From NCBI GenBank assembly GCA_964035545.1, contig OZ037769.1, positions 1,860,001 to 1,924,000 of the forward strand: 64,000 nucleotides of DNA, read 5' to 3'. Shown here piece by piece: positions 1-31,987 of this stretch. The notes under the pieces were generated by a model. It did not search any database. It was not told where the DNA came from and saw nothing but the letters and a program-made list of their open reading frames with translations. The stretch is from Bugula neritina (taxonomy: Eukaryota > Animalia > Bryozoa). A program made the translations under genes and the position numbers. The stretch's first letter is position 1. The number at the start of each line of letters is the position of its first letter.

Positions 1-130
1 ATAAATATTACTAGTATTACTATAATTATAAGTATAAGTATTGCTCTTATTCTTACTATTAGTACAAGCATTAATATAGCTATAATTATAATAATAATAC
101 TAACAGTAACTATTACTATTACTATTAGAC

Positions 131-1690
131 TTCATCTCATCATCTCATCTAATTAATCTCACTCGGAGCGCTTTGGCTCCTTTATCGAGATGCAGTGGTG
201 TATGAACAATTGTTTAAATTATCAGTAGTAAGGAAGAAAACCATTTTGTCTACGAGATAAGAATATAGTTAATTATGCTTTGATTCAAAGCTCAATAGCT
301 AGCTACTGCCAGGAGAGAAAAAAAGAAAAAAAAAACAAAAAAAAAAACAAATAAATAAATAAATATACACCGCACAGCTTCAGATGATATAAAGCAGACT
401 CGGTGTAAAGTGCTTATAATCAGTTAGGCAAAGCAGCTAGAATCATTAGAAAAGTTTATGGATGCGATGTTTATATGAATGTTTGGCAGTTTTGGTATTG
501 ATATTGCCCTTAATAGCACCATGTCTGGTATTGTGAGACTTTGCAAAATGAAGGGAGAACCGGTCTTGGTCTATAGCGGCACTACCAGAAAGCATACGAA
601 AGTACATTTTTTGGTCTGCATTATCACGTCTTTGTGCAAGGCTATCCCAATTAGAATTTGTCATGAGCTCAGTTATATGATCTCGTTTTCTCTTACAGAA
701 TGCCCACCTGAAGGCTTTTCTATTTATACCTTCTATGATGTTGATGTTTTTCAATTTAAATGGAGACCAGGTGTGGGTCGCAAATTCTAGTATAGGGCGA
801 CAGACTGTTTTATAAGCTATGGCTCTGGTTTTACTTTTAGCCTTTTTTAGACAGCGCATCAGCATGTGTAATAATTTATTAGCTTTTGAGCAAATGTTTA
901 TTATATGTTGATCGAATGACAGTTTATTATCAATCGTGACACCAAGGTATAATACTTTGTCAACACATTGTAAGGGGTCATTATTCATGCTGTATTGAGA
1001 CACTAGAGGATTTACAGTGGAGCGTTGAATTGTCATATGCTCACATTTATTTATATTGAACTTCATCTGAGAACTGTCTGCCCAAGTTATAAGATGGTCC
1101 AAGTCATTCTGAAATAAACTAGAATCAGCAGGTGTTGTGATTGGTTTGTACAACAAGGAATCATCTGCATATAGTTTAAGCTTGCTGTTGGCTACCACAG
1201 AGTGCATGTCATTTATGTACACATTAAATAACAATGGTCCTAATACACTGCCTTGGGGCACTCCTGAGGTCACATGTCTAGTGGCCGATTTGACGTTGTT
1301 GACACAGACTGAAAGAAGACGGCTCTGAAGCCATGAAAAAATCCACTTGACAGTTTTATCAGCTATTCCGATATTTAGCAGTTTAACCTGTAGTTTATGG
1401 TGCGACACAACGTCAAAGGCCTTTGAAAAATCCAAGACAGCGAGGTCAACCGGTATCATTTCGTCGAAAAAATCTATAAATTCACTCACGGTATTCAGCA
1501 ACTGAGTATCGCAGCCATGATTTGTCCTGAAGCCATGTTGGTGTGGATAAAACAGGTCATTTGATTCGAGGAAACAGTTGATATTATGTGATACGATATG
1601 CTCGAAGATTTTGGATATGATAGAAGTGAGTGATATTGGCCTGTAATTCAGCGGGTCTGTACGACTTCCTTTCTTGAAGATCGGTATTGC
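131..1690 (-). mobile_element. 5'-truncated CR1/L2-type non-LTR retrotransposon (RT domain and C-terminus of ORF2, plus 3' UTR)
   Basis: The minus-strand frame is open from 1690 to 446, about 414 codons: PIFKKG..DPLNYRPISLTS..QHGFR..LDFSKAFD..GVPQGSVLGPLLF..YADD..YLGV. The 3' UTR has a GGAGC/GCTCC hairpin (165-180) and ends in short ATGAG-type tandem repeats (~131-162). No endonuclease domain is present and no clear TSD is seen. Confidence 0.93.
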
Positions 1691-2300
1691 TATTATATTT
1701 ATTGTAACTAAAATTGAGTCTCAACTTTAAGTTTAATTGTAAGTATTAGTATTAATATTACTATTAGATTTGCTTTAATTTTAAGTAATAAATTTAATAG
1801 TATTATCATTTTCATTATGGTTATGTATTTAATTATAAGTATTAATATAAAACTAGGTATAAATATTAGTAAATAAGTATACTCTTGCTCTTAGTATTAC
1901 TAATACTATTAGAGTATTATTAACTCAGCATTGTAAGTGTATAGTAAATATTAATATTAAGTGACTCTAACTAATAGTATTGTTATCAGTATCACTATGA
2001 ATCTAACGTAATGACTATCAGTATACTCTTATAAATATATGTATCACTATCAGATTCAGTGTATGTCTATAAAAATAGTATTTTTTACTAATACTATTGG
2101 TATCAGTATTAGTAATACTATGGCATAATTTGGGATTTAATCATTTGTTATTTATTTTTAGTGCTCTACTCTTATTATTATATGTACTTTTAGTATTACT
2201 AAAGTATTGGTTTATTAGACTTCTAAATAAAACTATAAGCATGCCTAGTCCATAATTAGTTGTAATTTTAATTTATTCATATTTTTATAATTATGCAATA
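1691..2300. repeat. Degenerate AT-rich low-complexity tract (tatta/tagta units), also at 1-130, interrupted by the LINE
   Basis: Short tattac/tagtat/actatt units recur on both sides of the LINE. Confidence 0.6.
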
Positions 2301-2925
2301 GTTTATGGCTATGACATCATATTCATTTTCTTGGTAACTGACTGTAATGAAGGTGACTCATTATTACAGGTATCTACAGTGATAATCATTGTTCATTACA
2401 CGATTGACAATTGAATAATATATAGTAAAACTATTGGTTATATTTATTCATTTTGATTGGCTTTGTATTGTCACTAAATTTAACTGTTTGAGTAGTAAGT
2501 AAGTGGATGTCAATATTATCAAAAAGGCAAATCGTAAATTATTTTGATTTGCACTTTTGTTTCATTTTCAGGGTGATTTTCTCAACTGCCTGACATGCAC
2601 AAGCAGAGGTGATTCCAAACTCCATATTAAAGAGAAGGTTTTGTTAAATTTTTGTTTTATAACTCCAAAACTTGAAAGGGTTGGTATTTTTCATTCAAAT
2701 TTCTAACGCACATTGTTCGTTCTGTGACAATAAGGGGCTCGTCCTGTCACACTTTTTCTGACTGTCGAACTAACCTCAGATGGTTGAGTAATGTTGGAAC
2801 TAGCGATATTGACTTTTTAGTACAAAGTGTTTTATATATTCGATAGTATCATAGCACCATTTACTCTTTTAGAATCTGCATCAGCTGGGATCAATAATTC
2901 CGGATTGTTCTTATAGACTGCAGCT

Positions 2926-11120
<8,195 letters not shown>

Positions 11121-11163
11121 GATGTATCCCTGTCCATATTACAGCCCTATGTGTCTGCAGTTT

Positions 11164-11169
11164 AATAAA
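11164..11169 (+). promoter_or_regulatory. Candidate polyadenylation signal of NSF copy 1
   Basis: AATAAA about 45 nt after the TAG; conserved in copy 2 at 22267-22272. Confidence 0.5.
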
Positions 11170-13814
11170 ACTTTAGCAACACAAGGATACTTGTCTAGTT
11201 AATCTAAAATTTGTTTCTACTACCCATCTGTCTCTCTGCTACATTATTCAACACCTTGTGTTTTACCTAGTAATTTATTTGTAGTCAATTGTCATTATAA
11301 GTGTGAGTTAATAATTATTTTACATTAGAATTCAAGCTGGTTGAAAGGAAATCCTTTTACTAATATTTCTGTTGTAAATAGTTGGATGTGTACTGAATGC
11401 ATTTCTTTTGTGCTAAGAATGTTCAAAGAAGCTTTGTTAATTTGTAGTCACATAGAAGTAAAGCATATTTTAGTAGCTATAGCAACGTAATCTGGTTCAA
11501 CTTGCTGTCGTTGTTTTATCTGTAAGAGTACTTTTATTTGATTTAAGGGGGCGTTAGGCTGAGAATGCTAACTGAGCTATTCAAGAAACGTGATAATTTC
11601 TTTTCTCTGAACGCTTTTAAAATATCAATTAATTTGTTACTCTTTTAAGAATTGCCAAATTAACTTCTCTTTTTGTAATGTAGCAATTCATTTGTAACAT
11701 CTGCTGCAATATTTTTTTCTATTAAAAATTCTGTTGTAATGAAAGAGAATACACTTTTCTGAAAGTCATGATTACATCATTATATACACTATTAGTATAA
11801 TAGTTCTCTATTATTTTGCTTAGTATTTATGTAATTGTTGAAAATGGTTCTTTCAATAGAATTGCAATTTACACTTCAACAGTACGAACTGAAATTGATG
11901 TCAAGGTAATATATTGGGTTATGACAATTGATGTTAAGCATTGTTCAAATAAAACCATAAAAATCACAGCCATGTTTTCTGTCTCTGTTTATAAACTTTT
12001 ATTACAGTTCCACAATGTATTACAGGGTAAATATTATATTCATTTCTTATTACATTATTGTAATGGATTGTATAAAATATTTAGAAATTCCCAGCCCGAA
12101 TATAAAGTTAACATCTGACCTATTCAAAGTTACAAGTTTCCCTTTGTTGACATATTATATATTTAATAGTGCCCATGAAATAAAATGAAAACTATGTATG
12201 TTAGAAAAAAATTTAAAAAGCATGGGATGTATTTTTATATTCTCTATAAGGAGACTTGTTCAAGTTTTCTTTTTGCTTCAATTCTTAACTTTGTAGGGTC
12301 AGAACTGTTTATTTCAAGAATTTTAGAGTCTATCAAACATGGTCTCAGTAGGTACCTCAAAAATACTCTTTCTCTCTCATCTGCTATCTTTGAAAGATAT
12401 AAATTCTAACATCTTACATTTACAACACCTCAGTTAACTAACTAAACTAGTTTCAGAACCCAGATGAGCCAGCACTGAGTACATTCTTTCTGAAACCTAG
12501 AGTAAATACAAAGGCCACAGGCTGTCAACACAACATTTAATGACAGATTATCTCTTTGCTAACTAAGATAACTAAAAATCCCACAATTTTACTACAGTCT
12601 GACTTCTTTTGTTACAATTTATCCATAAAGTACTTAGTAACCTAACGAAAAGCTTTCATACCTTCCATAGTGCAGAATAACTATAATGATGTTACTACTC
12701 CCCAACAAAGTAGTTGGATTACTTATAATGATAGGTAGTTACCTCTAAGCATTGTTCCACTAGCACCATGCTAAGACAATTAGATAGACTGAGATCCAGT
12801 ATAAGGAGCTCTAAAAGATGAACAGTTATGAGAAGTTGTCTGTAGATTTTATGAGCTCATGACAAATAGCGTGTCTATAAAGTGTCAGATAATACAATTT
12901 TCTCTAATCATCATTTTAACTGGCTGCAAAACTCTAGTATATAACAGAGTTTGATACTTGAGTATTAGTAGTACCTCTATCACACTTTTTTATATCTGAT
13001 TTATTAGTATTGTAGATAAATACTTTTAAGAGTTATCAGCTCTTGGCTACTTGCATTTCGCTATCATGAGGTGTTATTAAAAGGCCCGTGCTAGAAGGTA
13101 CCTATTACATAATACGTGTTAAAAGTACAGATGTATTTTGTTCAAGCAAATTCTGAATGATGAAACCAAAATTGACGTGGAGCCCTGTGAATTCTTTTGT
13201 ATAAATTGAAACCTAACTTCACTAATAATACATTTAACATTCAACTGTGTATGTGTGTGGTTATATAGGCACAGAGAGGATAAGGATAGTATAACTATAA
13301 CTACAGCTACGTAACTCTGCTACCATTACTATAACTTGAAGGTAATCTTATGTTTATAAATTAAGATAAGTACTCAGCTACCTAGAAAGCTTAATTTAAA
13401 TTATAACATCTAAGCATCTCGGCTGTATAACACAATACTTTTTCTTTAGCTTTCTGGCTATTTAAATGGTTAAGGACTTGCCGATGTTAATATTTCTCTG
13501 CATACAGTTATTCATATCATACCAGTAACACCTATACAGTAAGATAGCACTGTTTGAGGTTTAAGGAATCACAATGTTCTACCTCTTTCATTGGTTTTAT
13601 TTTATATTTTTCATATAATATATACTGTGGTGTAACTTTAATTTAAATGTATTGTTTTTCTTGCATTCTTTTTAAAATTACTTCTCTTATTAAAATACTA
13701 TATTATAGACTTTTAATACAAAACTTTGTTATTGTTGTATAACATCGTAAAACTTTTCAAGAATCTGGATCAGCTGAGATCAATAGTTCCGGATTGTTCT
13801 TATAGACTGCAGCT

Positions 13815-22268
<8,454 letters not shown>

Positions 22269-22696
22269 TAAAACTTTAGCAACACAAGGATACTTGTACA
22301 GTAATCTAAATCATGTTTCTACTAACCATCCGACTCTCTGCTACATTATTCAGCACCTTATGTTGTACCTAGTAATTTATTTGTAGTCAATTGTCATTAT
22401 AAGTGTGAGTCAATAATTATGTTACATTAAACATTCCAGCTGGTTTGAAGGAAGTCCTTTTACTAATTTTCCCGTTGTAAATGATCGAACATGTACTGAA
22501 TGCATTTTATGTGTGTTGATGATGCTGAAATCAGTTCTGTTACATCATACTCACAGTGCAATAAATCTTTCTAACCCAAGCTTATTAGGATATAGCACTC
22601 TTCTGCATTTAGTGTTAAATTTTGTTCAAATAAAACAATACAAGTCACAGCTATGCTTTCTGTGCCTGTTTATTGTGGTGTTGAGTTTACCCATTA

Positions 22697-22765
22697 GCTC
22701 CGTGGTGTAATGGTAGCACACTTGCTTGCAAGCCAGAGGACTCGGGTTTGATTCCCAGTGGGGGC
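22697..22765 (+). pseudogene. tRNA-like sequence (tRNA pseudogene or tRNA-derived repeat), unit 1
   Basis: A box TGGTGTAATGG, B-box variant GGTTTGATTCC, acceptor-like ends GCTCCG/TGGGGGC and a TTTTT at 22771. The anticodon stem pairs poorly, so the isotype is ambiguous (GCA or TGC register). Confidence 0.65.
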
Positions 22766-22917
22766 AATTATTTTTCAAGCTATTTCGGCCTTTAGTGAAG
22801 TGTAGTAGTACTCCGAGGGAGTTGAGTGGCCAGGGGAGCCTGAATACTGAAAGAGTAGTAGATAGGCCAGTGGAGTTCAAAGAACTGAGTGGGATGTAGT
22901 GTTGAGTTTACCCAGTG

Positions 22918-22979
22918 GCTCCCGTGGTGTAATGGTAGCACACTTGCTTGCAAGCCAGAGGGCTCGGGTTCGATTCCCA
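22918..22979 (+). pseudogene. tRNA-like sequence, unit 2 (lacks the 3' acceptor strand)
   Basis: Near-identical copy 221 bp downstream with a perfect B box GGTTCGATTCC. It is missing GTGGGGGCA and is followed by TTTTT. Confidence 0.65.
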
Positions 22980-24235
22980 ATTATTTTTCATTTATAAACT
23001 TATATTACAGTTGCACAATATAGTACAGGGGACACATTTTGTGATTTCACACAAAGAATATGCATATTTCTTCGTACATTATTTACTTGTGACAGATTGT
23101 ATAAAAACTTTACAGATTTTCAACAAAGTTGTTGATGAGCAGTAATAGCAGCCTGGATGGTTACTTATAAGGATAGGTAAAGCACCTGCTAGCACCTGTC
23201 AGTTCATTCTATGCAGTCTGAATGACAAACTGTATCTACTGATATAAGCCTTGTTCTACTAACACAATGCTAAGACAAGTAGAAATAGACTGAGTTCCTG
23301 TAAAAGGAGCTCTAAGAGATAATCAATAGTTGGAGTTGTCTGCTTTCGAGCAGAATCTGGAGATTTTACAAGCTCATGGTGTCACATAAAAAATTGTTAC
23401 TATGCTGAGTAGTAAACAGCACACGCTTTCAGTTAACAAGAAATCTTAGCTGTTTAACCGAAAGCTTTTCGTAGCTGTGCCTCTGAAAGCTTACTTAATA
23501 ATATATATACTTGGTTGGAGCTAAAACCTGATTCTATAACGTAATGTCAAACTTACATCAATTTATGAAAGATATTCAATAAATGAAATGATAAGTTTAC
23601 TATTGCAGGGGCACAGTTATGGGGTCAGTGCTGCTTAGAATGAAACTCAGCTGAATGAAGAAGGAAATACTTAAAACCATGAATTGTATAAAAAGAACCT
23701 TTTTGACAGACTTTTACTGATACAAGGAGCTGCAGTTTCTATTTATAGAATGTGTGAGTAGTATGTTCACAATCTATGACCTCAACAAACTTTAAGGCCG
23801 AGAAAGTCATATTTTTTAATTGTTCAGTTTACAGCAAAAAGTTCCAAGAGGCCTGGATGCTTCAAAAGTGGGTGCAAAGAAAGCATTAAACGTCATAAAA
23901 AATTTTATTTAGAAATTGTCTCCTCTCTTCCTTATTACCAGTATATAAAGTAATAGTAGCTTATGTATAATTTGTTAGCACTTGCTGTTATTACAGCGAA
24001 TGTTTTTAAGTAATATAACTGCATAAGTGTTATTCAAAGTTATTGAGCGAATGTATTGATATCATCTTGTATTTCATAAAAATCTATTTTTCTTGTTTGA
24101 TTTAGTATGAATTTGATTTAACAGACAATGCAGCGTACATACAGCATGTTTATATGAAATGACAAACCATCAATATTTCATACCTTCGACAATTTAACTG
24201 TGATTACTTAGACTTAGCATGTCACATTGTAACAA

Positions 24236-26462
24236 ATGATGTTGGGAAAAAATCGTGTTTTCTATTTTCATCTATTCCTTCTAGTTCATCTTGTAGGTAA
24301 GTTGTTGTACTGTAGATACATTGGCTATAACTTAATCAACCTTTATCTGTTAGATGAGCCGTGCTTTTTGCTTAGTTCAGGTCTTAGATCACTTATAGGT
24401 TACTTTTTTCAATTTAGGATACAGTATTTGTAATTGGAGTCAAACAATGATAGCTTTAGCATGCAGTGAGTGGAAATATCAAAACTTTTAGTTATTGCCA
24501 TACTTAGCTATCACTTCTTACTTTATACATCTTAATCACAGAGTGCTAAGTGTATTATAGTTTTAGTGGTGTGAAAGCTCAACACTATGTAGTCCTAGCT
24601 GTGGCTGTTTTCATTATCCCTTTTATACACCCGACTTGGCATCATTTTTTAAGATTGTATACTAACTATCACTTGCAGCAAGAACTTGTCAATGCATATT
24701 ACAACCAAACTATTAGAATTTATGTATTTGTCAATCATTTTTTAAACCTGAAAAGTTAATACAGCTTCATTATTATTAACTGACACTGGCACACACCCAC
24801 TCAATCATGAGAGACATTTACCTGTAACCCAAAACCAAAAAAACACTTTAGCAGTGAGATTTCATGATATTTCAAGATGAGCTGCAGGGACGTAGAAGTG
24901 GCGGCAGCAGCTTTAGTAGCAGCTCCTCACTAGGCAGCAGCGCTGTGACTGTCTATAGGAGAGGTATTGCCAGGTACTCTGGCCTGACTAGCGCTGTCTC
25001 GGCAGGTGCGAAGGTGAGGGGAGTGGACAGGTATCAGTCTCGCTTCTCTACACACACTGACTATATAGAAGGTTAGATCTCATTGCAGCTCTTAGCTTTT
25101 CTATATTCTAAAATATTTCCTTTTATTCTCCTGAATGATTAAACACAGTAGAATAAATTAAAATCACATACAACAGTATATTGAAAACTGATGATGTTTA
25201 GCTAGTAGTAGGTTATTTATGCAAGCTGAGGATTGTGTCTCTCAACACGCAGAGAGCATGGAATTTTGGCAACTTTATTTGCATGTGGCACAGGAAAGTT
25301 ATAATCAAATACTCTCCTTGACACCACCACTAGTCCTGCAGGGATTCAAACCTATGACTTGTGTCATACTAAGCCAGCATTAGAACTAATAGACATTATA
25401 TATTATTGATTATATATATAATCTAGACCCAGCTGTTTGCTACTCAACAAAAACTGAATATGTGAATGGAACTCTGGACATCCTGGGCTACTTTGTCTGT
25501 CCATATAAGGAAACTGACACCATTGAACACAGCTACTGCTGCGGTCCACACAATCAACAGAAATGCTGTGAATTCTGGGAAGAGTGAGTAGGATATTTTA
25601 TACCAGTTTGAAAGATTCATCGAGCCAATCACATTTCAATACTGAATATAACATACATTTAAGAATTTGGGTAACAAAGCACAATTTATGAATGAGTATA
25701 TTCATTAATATTTGTGTACGCAACTCAGTACTATAAACAATTTATTGAATTCAGCTTAGCTTGTTCTTCTCTAACTTTAATTTTAGTTAACTGCTCAAAG
25801 TTGTAAATCGGGGAGAGAAAATTTTTTAGAAAGCTAGATCAACAGTAAAACTTAGTTAGTATAGTTATTATAAGCACATATACATGTACATTTAGTTTAG
25901 CTATATGGAACTTTAATTAATGCTTAATTTTGAAAGCTTAGATGATAAAATAATGATATTTTTAAAATAGAACCATAAATGCATTAATATTAAAGTGCAA
26001 TTTATTGAATGCATATATTGATACAGTGCCATTTGTAAGTTAAAATAACCAACTACATACTGTTGTCTATTCCACATATTTGGTATTGTGAATAGGATAT
26101 AATAGGATATGATATAGCCTTTTGTGATATGGTATAATATTATATTGTATGACGTGTCATATTATAACATTATATGGTATATGATAGATTAAGGTAATAT
26201 ATGACTATTGCATTAACGCATAATTTTCATCACATTAAAATTAAAACCATGCAATGCATATAGTTAAATGTAGTTTTATTTTAATGACAACATAATCTTT
26301 CACTATAATGCTATTTATATACTGAAACCTAAAAATCCAGTTCTATATTACAGTGGAGGAGTGACTACTGGGGCTGTAACAGGCTTTACCATTGCTGCTA
26401 TTGGCACTATTGGAGTTCTCATCATCCTATGCAAAGACATCTTACATTCTACAAATAAATAG
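24236..26462 (+). CDS. Shisa-like six-cysteine single-pass membrane protein with Ser/Gly/Arg-rich N-terminus, gene A (~173 aa)
   Basis: Exons 24236-24296 (signal peptide MMLGKNRVFYFHLFLLVHLV), 24877-25071, 25427-25583 (DPAVCYS..GYFVCPY..YCCGPHNQQKCCEFWE) and 26354-26462 (TM GAVTGFTIAAIGTIGVLIILC). GT-AG introns in phases 1/1/2, shared by all four paralogs. Confidence 0.85.
25325..25400 (-). mobile_element. Possible decayed tRNA-derived SINE head in gene A intron 2
   Basis: Minus-strand B-box-like GGTTTGAATCC (plus strand GGATTCAAACC at 25342-25352). The A box is barely recognisable. Confidence 0.3.
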
Positions 26463-26599
26463 CCAATGAGATGACTTTTTAGAGTGTATTACCCAATCAC
26501 ATGTGTAAATAAATAATTTTATAAATTTTAAAATAGAAAATTTCATTCAAACCTGTATCAACTATTACCTAAATGATAAACTGTATATACAGTTAGAAT

Positions 26600-26790
26600 A
26601 ATGATTAATTAGTAATGGGTAATGAATAATGGGTAATGAGTGATAAATAATTTGCTATTGGTAATAAATAATTATTGGCAATGAATAGTTGGTAAAGAGT
26701 AATGATTATTAAATGATTTTTAGTAGGTATTGGGTAATTTTTATTGAGCAATGGGTAATGGGTAATATGTAATATAGACAATGATAATAC
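26600..26790. repeat. Degenerate ~7 bp tandem repeat (TAATGGG/TAATGAT)
   Basis: Repeated taatggg, taatgaa and tattggt units. Confidence 0.6.
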
Positions 26791-27169
26791 TATTTTCAAT
26801 TAAGAATACTCAAAGTTTTAAGGCAAAAATAATCAACAAAAGCCTAAGTGCGCTCTTAGTAGATCTATATAAAACAATAAAAAGATATTCCACTCCAGTA
26901 AAACAACTAATAAAATCCATCAAACCATGAACTAACAACTCCTAAAGCTTTGCATAATTACCCTACAGTATTGCTAATGCTTAGTGTGAATAGATTGTTT
27001 TTATCAAATACAGTTGACAAAGGATGCTTTGTGAATGCTCATTTCTCTAAAACAATTACAAGCTAAGATGTTTTTAACTGCTGTGAATAGACTTATATAA
27101 GCCATAAGCCTAACAAGAGAGCAAACATGAACTGGGTGCTTGTGTAAACAGCTTTATATAGAGTCAGCC

Positions 27170-29100
27170 ATGGTCAGCAAACACAGACTGATATTACTAG
27201 CTATTTTTACACTATCAGGTGAGTCATACATTCTATTCATGACTATCAGGTGAGGCACAAATTCTATCTCTAACTATTTATTGTGAGATTTTCCTATATT
27301 TATAAAATACAACTGTATACAAACATATAGGAATGTAAAGCAGGTATGAATAGATTTGCTAAAACCTAATTGATACTGTAACTGCCCTACTAAATACTGT
27401 TGTGATTATCAATATGATTCAAATCATAGTTAAAGTGAATATTCAATTTTGTTTTAAAATGAAGATCACAAGTTTGCTGAGTTGTAACCAGAAATGGTTG
27501 GTTCTAATTCAAAATTCACATGAGCCAGTATAAAACAGTTTGAAGTTGATATACAACTGAGGCATACCGTACTTCTATCACTATACATGCATGTCACACG
27601 ATATCAAAGTACACATTATACCTGTTACTGTTGTCAGAACTGCTGACAGACGTGAGGAGTCGGGGCACAGGCAGCAGGTCGTCTGGCAGCGTTTCTAGTA
27701 GTGGTAGATCAGCTAGTGGCAGCAGAGGAGGTGTGGCCAGGTATTCTGGGTTGACCAATGCCTTGGCATCTGGAATAGCTGTCAGGGGAATACTGACATA
27801 CAATGACAGGTTCTCTGGACATCAGAACTATGATGACAGTAATTATCTTCTCTTGTTTAATTTTATTTCAATGCTTTTCAATTTTTTGGCCATTTTAATT
27901 GAATTCAGCACTACTAAGGTATTTCAATTTGTTTTTCTATTTAAATAGTTTTTTGATCTTATAAATAGCAAACACTTGAGTGCTTTTGCGTTCACACATC
28001 TTTCAACCGTGAGCAAATTTTTATCATTTACCAATTGATTAAAATAAAATCAATCTATCATCAAAAATATATGTAGGCTACTGGCTAAATCTGACTTGTA
28101 TCTGAAGTAGTTTAATAAACCTTAGCTTATGGACCTATATTACTTAAGGATTCTTCAACTGAGAACGCTTTTGTAACACTTCATATAGTTTAGTTGATTT
28201 AGTTGTTAAACCAGGCCATCAGTTACAGAGCAGTATGAAAGTGACATTTACCAAATGAAATCAGTTATTTAGGATAGATAACTCCACTTAGTATGTTATT
28301 ACAGATCCTACAGTTTGCTACTCAGAGAAGATAATTACCACAAACGAGACAAAGGAGGCGCTAGGATACTTTGTGTGTCCCTATGAGGAGTCGGACGACA
28401 TTCAGGACAGTCACTGTTGCGGGATTCCTACACAAGAGACGTGCTGCAAGTACTGGGAGAAGTAAGTCTAAGTAGACAGCTGTATCTCACATAGTTGGTA
28501 ATATACACACATATGTTTAATACATGGGTATGCACACAGCTGTATCTCACACAGTTATGAGTATATCCACAGTTATATTTTACACAGTCATGGGTATGGA
28601 CATAGCTATATCTCACATAGTTGGGGATAAACACATATATTCTGTATCATGCAGAGTTGGGTATCCACACAGCAACTCTAACATATAAAAACATGTAGCC
28701 TATGTAACTCATTTATGATACACCTACAAGAAGCTTGTGTTTACATCTCTAATTTTTGAGATAAGTTTTGAGCTTTATAGCTACTTTGGCCATACCAATA
28801 ATTAGAGGTCTTACATAGGTTATAAAGCTACATTGCAAGCAACCCTTTATGCACATTTCTAATATGACTTCTGCATAATATACTAATGTAAATATGGAAA
28901 TATCAGTTAGCCTAAAGCAATGTAATACTTTATATCCATTTAAAGCATAGTATATTTTCCTATCCAGTCCTGAGAGAGCTGCCGGAACTCTTGCTGCCAT
29001 AGTTATAGTTGCCATTGGAATGGCGGGAATAGCGTTCCATTACTACTCCGATACAGTGAATTATCAGAGGAAAAATGACAACGCGATAAAAGGAATTTAG
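27170..29100 (+). CDS. Shisa-like six-cysteine single-pass membrane protein, gene B (~179 aa)
   Basis: Exons 27170-27218 (MVSKHRLILLAIFTLS), 27638-27838, 28305-28461 (NPTVCYSE..GYFVCPYEE..HCCGIPTQETCCKYWE) and 28968-29100 (TM AAGTLAAIVIVAIGMAGIAF). Confidence 0.88.
28475..28680. repeat. Degenerate ~30 bp minisatellite in gene B intron 3
   Basis: Repeated CAGCTGTATCTCACACAGT..GGGTAT units. Confidence 0.65.
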
Positions 29101-29808
29101 ATTTACCAAACGCAGCTCTATTTTCCTATATAACTACTCATTGTATATTCTCACTATTCTTTTGTAAGTATGACCATATATGGTAGGTATTTATATTTTT
29201 CATATAGTAAGTTTTTATATAACTATAAATACATTTATGTTTCTGAAATAGATTTGACTATATTTCATTTAGAAATTTAGAGCTTTATTAATTGAATATG
29301 CATATTTTTATTGTGTTGTTTGGTATTAATGCGCCATGTTGCATCATCTAAAATGTAAATGCGAAAATACAATTTATATAAGGAATCGCATTTTGCCTTT
29401 TTTGTAAATGCTTTATTACCAAGTTTAATATTACTGCATAGAAAATACTTACTGTTATTTATTAAAACTGTACTTTAAAATCGGGTTAATAATAAAGGCA
29501 TTGTAAAATATCTGATAAGTTTTTTGCAACTTTGAAGCTGGAACATTTAAATGGTGATGTGGCGTTGTCATGTTATACACAAATGTAAAGCATAGTTGCC
29601 ATAATTCCAAAAGACAGTGGGACATATTATATTCCAGCTTTTTAATTGGCTCAACTTGTTGCACAACTGAAAGCCGGAGTCTTATTGGATAAAGGCTGGT
29701 AAAACACAGCACACTGTTGAATAACGCATGCAGTTCCTATAGTAGACTTTGCAACTAAAGGTCTTGCGAACAACAGATTTTATAATTTATAAAACAAATA
29801 TTATAGCG

Positions 29809-31987
<2,179 letters not shown>

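Noticed and set aside
22697-22979. Functional tRNA-Cys or tRNA-Ala genes
   Set aside because: The anticodon stem does not pair properly. Unit 1 has a T-loop mutation and a shortened acceptor strand, and unit 2 lacks the 3' acceptor strand.
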